Of a stretch of DNA of 64,000 nt, positions 45,889 through 54,682 are shown piece by piece (positions within the stretch are counted from its first letter, which is position 1; every line of letters starts with the position of its first letter). The notes under the pieces are model-generated. The model ran no database searches. It saw only the letters and a list, made by a program, of their open reading frames with translations, and was not told the origin of the DNA. The position numbers were made by a program, and so were the translations under genes. The DNA comes from an uncultured Anaerolinea sp. GTDB lineage: Bacteria; Chloroflexota; Anaerolineae; Anaerolineales; UBA4823. The stretch lies in NCBI GenBank assembly GCA_964595435.1, contig CAZQQJ010000004.1:35377-99376 (forward strand). Reading direction: 5' to 3'.

Positions 45889-46123
45889 TTATTCTTCTTG
45901 CTTCCCCTCCCGCAGCCGCTGCACGTGCCGGACCAGCTCGGCCATCAGCCGGTCGCCCGACGACCAGTGAAACTCAGCGCCGCACTGCCGGCAGACCCCG
46001 TGCAGCGAGCGCACCAGGATGCCGTTGACGGCGAGCAAATCGAGGCCGTCGACGGAGGCTATTCGGCCGATCGCCTTGCCGCATTGGGGGCAGGTGACGT
46101 CTTTTCAGGGTCGTCGTCGTCAT
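45889..46123 (-). pseudogene. frameshifted small zinc-ribbon protein gene
   Basis: ATG at 46123 opens MTTTTLK. One base further on, in an A4 run (46105..46102), the adjacent frame is open for 71 codons. It encodes KDVTCPQCGKAIGRIASVDGLDLLAVNGILVRSLHGVCRQCGAEFHW...*, with two CxxC pairs and no start of its own. Confidence 0.35.
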
Positions 46124-46824
46124 CTGAGGCGCGCCGTGCTGCCGCCTGCAATGGATACAACTCTGGGGTATAGACGCTGGCTGGCTGCGGCTGGAAACGT
46201 TTCAGCGCCAGGCCTCCCACGCCTTGACCGGGTCTTTGACCCCGTCCAGGGCCGGCTTCATCACCCGCGCCGCCCGGCCCGGATCGGCGGCGACCTGCCC
46301 GGTGATCTCTACCGCCTTATTTCGTCGAGTAGTCGGCTGGTTTCGTAGTCTTGTCGTGCATCCTGCCAGCAATTTTGTGCGGCCGGTGCATTGCACCTGG
46401 GCAACTTTTCGGGCGGGCCGAACAGCGCGCCGATCTCTGCGCTGGTCTTGCCGAACTTCTGCCGGCAGACCAGCATCGCCTTTGCCTGCTCCGCCGGGGT
46501 GATGTCATCCGCGATGATGGCCGTCGGGCGACCTGGCGGGTGGCTTTGCCGCGTCCCTCCGGCCGATCCTGCGGGCTGTCCCACACCGATATCTGCTGCG
46601 CCAAATATTCGAGCGATGCATTTCGGCCCACAGCTTTTTCAGAGACAACCCGCCGGACAATTCATCCGGAGCATCGTAAGTTTGGATTTGAACAGGTATA
46701 ATCATGTCAAGTCCTCTTATTTGGATTTGGCCTTTGGGGGAAATTCTATGACGCCAGATAGGAGAGTTCTTGTAAGTGAGTAGAGTTCATTGTACGATCT
46801 GCGATCTAACTAAGGAAGAATCTC

Positions 46825-49800
46825 ATGAGCCCAGATCCTTTAGAAACCCGATCAGATCACAAGTCGTCTACGAAACTGGTTCTCCCCGGTTACCACATAA
46901 GGCAGCAAATCTACGCCAGCGCCAGTTCACTGGTCTACCGGGCGATGCGCGAGCAGGATCAACGGCCGGTCGTTCTCAAAGCCCTGAACCCCGCTTCTCC
47001 CCGGCCCGAGGAACTGGCGCGATACAAGCAGGAATATGAGATCACCCGTCGCCTCGGCGCCGCCGGGGCCATCACCGCTTATGGCCTGGACGCGTATCGG
47101 GATACCCCGGTTCTGATCCTGGAGGATTTTGGGGGGATGTCCCTGGATCACTGGCTGAAGGAGTGGACCTGCGCCGGCGCGGCGGCATTCCCCCTGTCCC
47201 AGTTTCTGCGGCTGGCCCGCCAGATCGCGGCGGGGTTGGGACAGGTTCACGCCGCCGGGATCACTCACAAGGATATCAACCCTTCGAATATCGTGTTCAA
47301 CCCCAACAGCGGGGAGCTGAAACTGATTGACTTTGGGCTGGCCACAACCTTGAGCCGGGAGACGCCAACGGTTCTGGAGGGGACGTTGGCGTATCTTTCA
47401 CCGGAGCAAACCGGGCGGATGAACCGGACAGTGGACTACCGCAGCGACTATTACTCGCTGGGGGTGACGTTGTACGAACTGCTGACGGGCCGCCTGCCCT
47501 TCGAAGCTGCCGACGATATGGAATGGGTTCATTGCCACCTGGCCAGGACGCCGGTCGCCCCCCATGTCCTGAATCCGGCGCTTCCTTTGGCGCTGTCCAG
47601 GCTGGTGCTGAAACTGATGGCCAAAGCGCCCGAAGACCGTTATCAGAGCGCGCGGGGACTCGAACACGACCTGGCCGTGTGTGAAGAGCAGTGGCAGGCC
47701 CGGGGGGAGATCCCGGATTTCGAGCTGGGCCGGCAGGATCGAGCGGAGCGCTTGCTGATCCCCGAGAAGCTGTACGGGCGGGCCGCCGAAATCGAAACCC
47801 TGCTGGCGGCCTTTGAGAGGGCGGCGCGCGGCCATACCGAGTTGCTGCTGGTGACCGGCTTTTCGGGCATCGGCAAAACCGCGGTCATCAACGAAATCCA
47901 CAAGCCGGTCACCCAGCGGCGGGGTTATTTCATCCGGGGCAAATTCGACCAGTTCAGCCGCACCGTTCCTTTCTCGGCGTTTGCCCAGGCCTTGCGCGAT
48001 TTGATGGGGCAACTCGAGAGTGAAAGCGAGGTCCAGCGCCAGCAGTGGCGGTCGAAAATCCTGTCCGCGTTGGGCGAAAGCGGTCAGGTTATCATCGAGG
48101 TGGTGCCCGAACTGGAACGGCTGGTTGGCCCGCAACCGGCTGTGCCAGAACTTTCCGGCGGCGCGGCCCAAAACCGGTTCAACTTACTGTTCCAGAAATT
48201 CATCGCCACGTTCACCGCGCTGGAGCATCCGCTGGTCATTTTCCTCGACGATCTGCAATGGGCCGATTGGGCTTCGCTGAAACTGCTGCAACTGTTGATG
48301 GGCGAAACCGCTGCGGGCTATCTGCTCCTGGTGGGCGCCTATCGGGATAACGAAGTGTCTTCTGCGCATCCCCTGCTGTTGACGATCGAGGAGATCAAGA
48401 AAACCGGGGCCACGCTCAACACCATTACCCTGGCACCGCTCCGGCAAGCCGACATCAACCGACTGATCGCCGATACCCTCAATTGTACGCCGGAGCTTGC
48501 CCTACCTTTGACGCGATTGGTCTACCAGAAAGCCGGGGGCAATCCCTTTTTCAGCCATCAATTTCTCAAGGCGCTGTATGCCGAAGGGCTGATGGCGTTT
48601 GATGTAGAGGCGGGTTATTGGCAATGTGACCTGGCGCGAGTCAGCGCCCTGGCTCTGACCGAGGATGTGGTCGAGTTCATGGCCATGCAGTTACAGAAAT
48701 TACCCCCAGGGACTCGAGATGTGTTGATACTGGCTGCTTGCATCGGCAACCAGTTTGACCTGGAGACGCTGGCCGTTGTGCATCAGCGATCCCGGGTCGA
48801 GACGGCCGCGGATCTGTGGCCGGCTTTGCAGGAAGGGTTGGTATTGCCTCAGAGTGAAGTCTACAAATTCTTTCAGGGCAGTGGAAATGACCCGGCCGCG
48901 TTCCCCTTCGCCCAGGCTGATTGGCAGGTTTCCACCTACAGATTCTTGCACGACCGGGTGCAGCAAGCGGCTTACTCGCTCATTCCTGAGGCACGGAAAC
49001 AGTCTACCCACCTGCACATCGGGCAGTTACTGCTGGAAAACACCCTGGAAGTGGAGCGGGAAGAAAAGGTTTTCGAGATCGCGAATCAATTCAATCGGGC
49101 GGCAGAATTACTGGCTGAACCAGCCACGCGACATGAAGTAGCGCAGCTCAATCTGCTCGCGGGAAAGAAAGCCCAGGCTGCCACCGCCTACAGAGCGGCC
49201 TGGGACTATTTCACGGCCGGGCGCCAACTGTTGCCGGAAGACGGCTGGCAAAGTCAATACCCCTTCGCCTTGAATTTGTTTGAAGCCTCGGTAGAGGCGG
49301 CCTACCTCAGCGGCCATTTCGAGGCTATGGAAGAACTGGCTGCCATTGTTCTCACAAACGCTCGAACGCTGCTCGATACGATCAAAGTCTACGAAGTGAA
49401 GATCGAGGCCCTGAATGCTCAAAACAAACTCCTGGAAGCCGTGCATACGGGGCTGGAGGTGCTTCAATCGTTTGGCATAGAGTTTCCTGAAAAACCTGGC
49501 CAGGCTGATATCGTGGCGGCCTTACAGGAAACCCACCTGGCTTATCAGGAGAAAGGGGTCGCGGAATTGGTCGACCTCCCCCTGATGACCGATCCCATCC
49601 AGTTAGCCATCATGCGGGTTTTGGCCAGTATTTTACCGTCTGCCTTTTTATCCTATCCTGAACTCTACACTTTGCTCGTCTTGAAGCAGGTAGATTTGTC
49701 GATCAAGTACGGAAATACGCCGGCGTCTGCCTTCTGTTACGCCTCGTATGGGCTGGTTCTTTGCGGCGGAGTCGCAGATATCGAAACCGGTTACCAGTTC

Positions 49801-52800
49801 GGCCAACTCGCCCTGGACTTGTTGCAGCGTCTGGATGCCAGGCAATGGCAATGCAAAGTATCTTCTGTTGTCCATACATTCATTACCCATTGGAAGCAGC
49901 CCATCAGAGATACATTGATTCCACTGCGATCGGCCTATTATACCGGGCTGGAAACCGGGGATTTCCAGTTTGCTGGATATGCGGCGGTCCTTTACTGCGC
50001 CTATGCCTATTATGCGGGGATAGAGAAGGAGTTGGCAGGGCTTGAGCAAGAAGCCCTCGCCTTGAGCGAGTCCGTCTATCAACTGAAGCAAATCACAGTT
50101 TTTCACTATTTTCAAATGCTGCAACAGGCGCTGCATGATGTGAGCGAAGGGCGGGCTTCCTCCAGGTACTTACAGGGAGAATACTACGATGAGGCTACGA
50201 TGTTGCCCGTCCATTTGCAGGCCAACGATCGGAATGGCCTCTTTTACCTTTATTCTCACAAACTGTTGTTGAGCTATTTGTTTGAAGATTACGCACAAGG
50301 GGTCGAAGATGCGGTTCAGGTCGAACAATATTTAGACGGGGGAACAGGTTTTCCTTACGTGCCCATATACTATTTTTATGATTCTCTGGTCCGGCTGGCG
50401 GACTACCAGGCGACTCCGCACGGCAAGCCAGATGAGCTGCTGCTCAGAATCGAGGCGAATCAAGAGAAGATGAAAAAATGGGCGGAGTATGCGCCCATGA
50501 ATTGTCTCCACAAATTCGATCTCGTCGAAGCCGAGCGACAGCGAACCTTCGGCGACAGAATTCAGGCCATCGAGGCCTACGATCGCGCCATCGCCGGCGC
50601 TCGAGAAAACGGTTATCTTCGGGAACAAGCCCTGGCCAACGAGCTTGCCGCCCGGTTCTACCTCGCCTGGGGCAAGGAGAAGGCGGCTCAGGCCTATCTG
50701 CAAGCCGCCTACGACGGCTACGTCCGGTGGGGGGCGGCCGCTAAGGCGGCCCAGTTGGAGCGCCGCTACGCCGGTTTGCTGGCCCCCGTCCTGGTTCCCC
50801 ACACCCGCCAGTCCAGCACGGTCAGCGCGGCCCTCGATCTGGTCACGGTCATCAAAGCCTCGCAGGCGATCGCCGGCGAAATTGAACTGGAACGCCTGCT
50901 CAAGCAGATGATGCGCATCGCGCTCGAGAATGCCGGGGCGCAGCGCGGCGCGCTGATTTTGGAGCGCCGCGGCGATTGGGTTATCGAGGCGCAGGGGGAC
51001 GTAGAGGGCGAGATTACGGTGTTGCAATCGCTCGATCTGCGGGGGAGTGAGGCAGTGTCGGCCGAGATCGTGTACCAGGTGGCCCGCACCCGCGCCAGCG
51101 TGGTGTTGGACGACGCCGCCCACGCTGGTGATTTCGTCCACGACCCCTATATCACCCGGCATGGGGTCAGGTCTGTGTTGTGTGCTCCGCTGGTCAACCA
51201 GGGGCGGCTCAGCGGTATGGTGTATCTGGAGAACAATCTGACCACGCACGCCTTTACGGCGGAGCGCCTGGAAATGCTCAACCTGTTATCCACGCAGATG
51301 GCCCTCTCGCTGGACAACGCCCGCCTGTATCAGCGGGCGCAGCAGGAAATTGCGGAACGCAGGCTGGCAGAAGCGGCGTTACAGGAGAGTGAGCAACGCT
51401 TCCGCACCATCTTTGATTCGGTCAATGACGCCATTTTCGTCCACGATCTGGCTACCGGCGATTTACTCGACGTCAACCATACCATGTGCGCGATGTACGG
51501 TTACACGCGCGAAGAGGCCCTCCGGCTCAACATCGAAGACGTGAGCTCGGGCGAGCCGCCCTACACCCAGCAAGACGCCCTGGCCTGGATAAGAAAAGTT
51601 GCCGATGAAGGGCCGCAAGTCCTTGAGTGGAGAGCAAAAGATAAAGGCGGGCGTCTCTTCTGGATTGAGGTGAGCATGAGACGGGCGACCATTAGCGGCC
51701 GGGAACGGCTGCTCGTTGCGGCGCGCGACATCACCGAACGCAAACGGGTCGATGCGCAACTTGAACGAAATCTCCGTGAAACCCGCCTGCGCCTGGAAGT
51801 CAGCCAGGCCCTGGCGGGGATAGAGACCGAGGAAGAGGTGTTAGATGTGCTGATTCAGCACGCGGGTCTCTATCCCCGGGCGTTTGTGAGTATCGTGACT
51901 CTTGACAGGACGGATGGCGAGCTCACCGGCATCGTGCGCCGCCGCAATCCCTTTGAGAGTGGCCTGGGGCTTATCCTACCCATCGACATACGCTTTCCGA
52001 CTTCGCTATATCCCCAGCTCTCCTTCTTGCTTTCGGCCAACCGTTCGTTTGTCTCAAATGATATCTTGGCCGATGAAAAAATTGACCCTGGTTTCCGCGA
52101 GAGAGCACGCCAAACGGAAACAGGCAGCTTCGTCGCTATTCCGATCACGGCCGGGAGCGAGTGGATAGGCATTGTTTTTGCCTCGGCCAGGCCCACCGGC
52201 TACTTTGATGATGAAAAGCTACGCCTCTACCAGACGCTGGCCGAACAGGGCGCGGTGGCGCTGCGCGCCGCCCGCTTGCGAGCGGCCGTCCGCGAGTCGC
52301 AGCAGCGGCTGGCGCTGTTCGTGCAGCAATCGCCGCTGGGCGCCATCGAATGGAACACAGAGTCCCGGGTGGTTTCTTGGAATCCTGCCGCCGAACGGAT
52401 CTTTGGCTATTCTAGAGAAGAAGCGCTGGGCCGCCGCGCAGTGGGCCTGCTCGCGCCTGAAGAAGCGCAGCCCCTGGTTGACCAGGTCTGGCAAGCCATG
52501 CCGGCACAAAAGGGCAGCCTGCGCAGCACTGTCGACCACCTGACCAAGGATGGACGTATGATCACCTGCGAGTGGTTCAACGCGCCGCTCGTCGGTGCGG
52601 ATGGCCAGATGATCGGTGTCGCTTCACTCGTGCAAGACATCACCGGGCGCAAGCAGGCGGAAGAAGCCCTCCGGCGGGCACACGACGAGATGGAAGAGCA
52701 CGTTGAACAGCGCACCGCAGAGCTAAAGAAAGCGAATGAGCAGTTGGCCGCCCTCTACCGGGTGGGCCAGATCATCACGACGCCGCTGCAGTTGAAGGTG

Positions 52801-54660
52801 GTGCTTGACGCCATCGCCCGCAACACAGCCGAGTTGTTGGGTATGGACACCGGGGTAATCTTGCTGGTCGATGAGGCCAGCAAGGCGTTGATCATCCAGG
52901 GGACATTTGGATTGAGCGAAAAGGTGGTGAAAGGCACATCTGACCGGATCGGCGAGAGCATCGCCGGGCGAGTCGTGCAATCGGGCCAGCCAATCATCGC
53001 CAATGATTTGCCCAATGACCCGCGTTTCTACAATCCTTCTGCGGCGGAGGAGGGTCTGCTGGCCTGCGCCAGCGTGCCTCTGGTGGCGGGGGGAAAGATC
53101 ATCGGGACGCTGGACGTGCACAGCAAGAAGGATCGCCAGGCCTTCAACGAAGGGCATATCCACGTCCTGAGCATGCTGGCCAGCCAGGCGGCGATCGCCA
53201 TCGAGAATGCCCGGCTGTACGAACAACTGCAACGGGCCCGCGACGAGCTGGAACTGCGCGTGGAGCAGCGCACGGCCGAGCTGGTCGCTGCCAATGTACA
53301 ATTGCAACGGGAGATCGCCGAACGCGAGCGGGCGGAACGATTGCTGCGGACGATGAATGCGGCGGCCCTGGCGATGCAGAGGGCCTTCGCTCCCGGTGAT
53401 ATCTTTGCCGCTGTGTCCGAAGCGTTCAAAAAGATCGGCTTCTCGTGCGCGATTTTCGCCACTGACGAGGGCCAGTACAGGCTGATCCCCAAATACTTGA
53501 GTTACCAGCCTGAAGCTGTCAGGGTGGCCGAAAAGCTGGTGGGCCATAAAGCAGAGGATTTTCCCTTACCGGTTGAAACGACAGACGCGTTCCGAAAAGC
53601 CATTCGGGAAAGGCAGACGGTCTTTGTCGAGAATGTAGCCAATGTCGTGCAATCGCTATTGCCGGGATCTCTTGACCGGCTCGCTGGACCGATAGCAAAA
53701 ATCCTTCGGGTCCCGAAAACGATTAACGCTCCTCTCATCGTGGAGGATGAGGTCATCGGAATGCTCTCGGTGCAGTCGGAGGACCTGCTCGAAAGCGATG
53801 CGCCGGCCATCACCGCCTTCGCCCATCAAATGGCGGCCGCCTGGCGCAAAGCCCAGCTATTCGAACAGGCCCGGCAAGAGGTGGCCGCCCGCAAGCAAGC
53901 GGAAGAAGAGGTCCGGCGCTTGAATGAAGACCTGGAACAGCGCGTGGTGGAACGGACGGCGCAGTTGGAAGCGGCGAATAAAGAACTGGAGGCGTTTTCA
54001 TATTCGGTCTCGCACGACCTGCGGGCACCGCTGCGGGCGATGGACGGCTATTCGCGCCTCTTGATGGAGGACTATGCGCCGCAACTCCCGTCCGAAGCGG
54101 AGTACTACCTCCAGGCCATTCGGAAAAGCAGCCAGCAGATGGGGCGCTTGATCGATGACCTGCTGGCCTTCTCGCGCTTGAGCCGGCAGGCGCTGAACAA
54201 GCAGGCCGTTGCGACCGCTGATCTGGTGGGCCAGGTGCTGGCTGACTTGCGAACAGAACAAGAGGGACGGCGCGTTGAAATCTCGGTAGGCGAATTGGCA
54301 CCCTGCCAGGGCGATCCGAGGCTGCTGCGGCAAGTGTGGATCAACTTGCTCGCCAATGCACTCAAGTTCACCCGAGAGCGCCAGGTTGCCTGGATAGAGA
54401 TCGGCAGCCAGGAGCAGGACGGCGAGACGGTGTACTTCGTACGGGATAATGGAGCGGGCTTTGACATGCGCTACGTCGGCAAGTTGTTCGGTGTGTTCCA
54501 GCGGTTGCACAGAATCGACGAGTACGAAGGGACAGGGGTGGGCCTGGCGATTGTGCAGCGCATTGTACACCGGCATGGCGGACGCGTGTGGGCCGAAGCA
54601 GGAGTGGATAAAGGGGCGACATTCTTTTTCACCCTTTCTTCACGAGAAGGTCTTGAGTAA
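46825..54660 (+). CDS. giant multidomain sensor: Ser/Thr kinase - STAND/AAA ATPase - helical/TPR - GAF - PAS - GAF-like - PAS - GAF - GAF-like - HisKA - HATPase_c
   Basis: 2611 aa. The kinase motifs are VVLKAL, HKDINPSNIVF, DFGLAT and LAYLSPEQ. The P-loop is VTGFSGIGKTAV and the Walker B is LVIFLDDLQWAD. The PAS cores are FRTIFDSVNDAIFVHD and AIEWNTESRVVSWNPAAERIFGYSREEALG. The H-box is FSYSVSHDLRAPL, with N, G1 and G2 boxes in the last ~150 aa. Confidence 0.85.
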   Translation: MSPDPLETRSDHKSSTKLVLPGYHIRQQIYASASSLVYRAMREQDQRPVVLKALNPASPRPEELARYKQEYEITRRLGAAGAITAYGLDAYRDTPVLILEDFGGMSLDHWLKEWTCAGAAAFPLSQFLRLARQIAAGLGQVHAAGITHKDINPSNIVFNPNSGELKLIDFGLATTLSRETPTVLEGTLAYLSPEQTGRMNRTVDYRSDYYSLGVTLYELLTGRLPFEAADDMEWVHCHLARTPVAPHVLNPALPLALSRLVLKLMAKAPEDRYQSARGLEHDLAVCEEQWQARGEIPDFELGRQDRAERLLIPEKLYGRAAEIETLLAAFERAARGHTELLLVTGFSGIGKTAVINEIHKPVTQRRGYFIRGKFDQFSRTVPFSAFAQALRDLMGQLESESEVQRQQWRSKILSALGESGQVIIEVVPELERLVGPQPAVPELSGGAAQNRFNLLFQKFIATFTALEHPLVIFLDDLQWADWASLKLLQLLMGETAAGYLLLVGAYRDNEVSSAHPLLLTIEEIKKTGATLNTITLAPLRQADINRLIADTLNCTPELALPLTRLVYQKAGGNPFFSHQFLKALYAEGLMAFDVEAGYWQCDLARVSALALTEDVVEFMAMQLQKLPPGTRDVLILAACIGNQFDLETLAVVHQRSRVETAADLWPALQEGLVLPQSEVYKFFQGSGNDPAAFPFAQADWQVSTYRFLHDRVQQAAYSLIPEARKQSTHLHIGQLLLENTLEVEREEKVFEIANQFNRAAELLAEPATRHEVAQLNLLAGKKAQAATAYRAAWDYFTAGRQLLPEDGWQSQYPFALNLFEASVEAAYLSGHFEAMEELAAIVLTNARTLLDTIKVYEVKIEALNAQNKLLEAVHTGLEVLQSFGIEFPEKPGQADIVAALQETHLAYQEKGVAELVDLPLMTDPIQLAIMRVLASILPSAFLSYPELYTLLVLKQVDLSIKYGNTPASAFCYASYGLVLCGGVADIETGYQFGQLALDLLQRLDARQWQCKVSSVVHTFITHWKQPIRDTLIPLRSAYYTGLETGDFQFAGYAAVLYCAYAYYAGIEKELAGLEQEALALSESVYQLKQITVFHYFQMLQQALHDVSEGRASSRYLQGEYYDEATMLPVHLQANDRNGLFYLYSHKLLLSYLFEDYAQGVEDAVQVEQYLDGGTGFPYVPIYYFYDSLVRLADYQATPHGKPDELLLRIEANQEKMKKWAEYAPMNCLHKFDLVEAERQRTFGDRIQAIEAYDRAIAGARENGYLREQALANELAARFYLAWGKEKAAQAYLQAAYDGYVRWGAAAKAAQLERRYAGLLAPVLVPHTRQSSTVSAALDLVTVIKASQAIAGEIELERLLKQMMRIALENAGAQRGALILERRGDWVIEAQGDVEGEITVLQSLDLRGSEAVSAEIVYQVARTRASVVLDDAAHAGDFVHDPYITRHGVRSVLCAPLVNQGRLSGMVYLENNLTTHAFTAERLEMLNLLSTQMALSLDNARLYQRAQQEIAERRLAEAALQESEQRFRTIFDSVNDAIFVHDLATGDLLDVNHTMCAMYGYTREEALRLNIEDVSSGEPPYTQQDALAWIRKVADEGPQVLEWRAKDKGGRLFWIEVSMRRATISGRERLLVAARDITERKRVDAQLERNLRETRLRLEVSQALAGIETEEEVLDVLIQHAGLYPRAFVSIVTLDRTDGELTGIVRRRNPFESGLGLILPIDIRFPTSLYPQLSFLLSANRSFVSNDILADEKIDPGFRERARQTETGSFVAIPITAGSEWIGIVFASARPTGYFDDEKLRLYQTLAEQGAVALRAARLRAAVRESQQRLALFVQQSPLGAIEWNTESRVVSWNPAAERIFGYSREEALGRRAVGLLAPEEAQPLVDQVWQAMPAQKGSLRSTVDHLTKDGRMITCEWFNAPLVGADGQMIGVASLVQDITGRKQAEEALRRAHDEMEEHVEQRTAELKKANEQLAALYRVGQIITTPLQLKVVLDAIARNTAELLGMDTGVILLVDEASKALIIQGTFGLSEKVVKGTSDRIGESIAGRVVQSGQPIIANDLPNDPRFYNPSAAEEGLLACASVPLVAGGKIIGTLDVHSKKDRQAFNEGHIHVLSMLASQAAIAIENARLYEQLQRARDELELRVEQRTAELVAANVQLQREIAERERAERLLRTMNAAALAMQRAFAPGDIFAAVSEAFKKIGFSCAIFATDEGQYRLIPKYLSYQPEAVRVAEKLVGHKAEDFPLPVETTDAFRKAIRERQTVFVENVANVVQSLLPGSLDRLAGPIAKILRVPKTINAPLIVEDEVIGMLSVQSEDLLESDAPAITAFAHQMAAAWRKAQLFEQARQEVAARKQAEEEVRRLNEDLEQRVVERTAQLEAANKELEAFSYSVSHDLRAPLRAMDGYSRLLMEDYAPQLPSEAEYYLQAIRKSSQQMGRLIDDLLAFSRLSRQALNKQAVATADLVGQVLADLRTEQEGRRVEISVGELAPCQGDPRLLRQVWINLLANALKFTRERQVAWIEIGSQEQDGETVYFVRDNGAGFDMRYVGKLFGVFQRLHRIDEYEGTGVGLAIVQRIVHRHGGRVWAEAGVDKGATFFFTLSSREGLE
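53899..54632 (+). repeat. transmitter-module DNA repeat, copy 1
   Basis: Colinear with 57665..58398 at a constant offset of 3766 with no indels. Identity is about 90 percent by eye, including an 83-nt perfectly identical run (CCGCTGCGGGCGATGGACGG...GAGTACTACCT). Confidence 0.85.
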
Positions 54661-54682
54661 AAGTCGCGCAGACGACTGACGA

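Noticed and set aside
33526-46000. Second copy of the tRNA-Glu 3' end (attR) that would delimit an integrated island
   Set aside because: I looked by eye for GGTTCGAGTCCCC-like strings downstream and found none. No integrase gene is present either. The island idea is therefore reported only as compositional and contextual inference.
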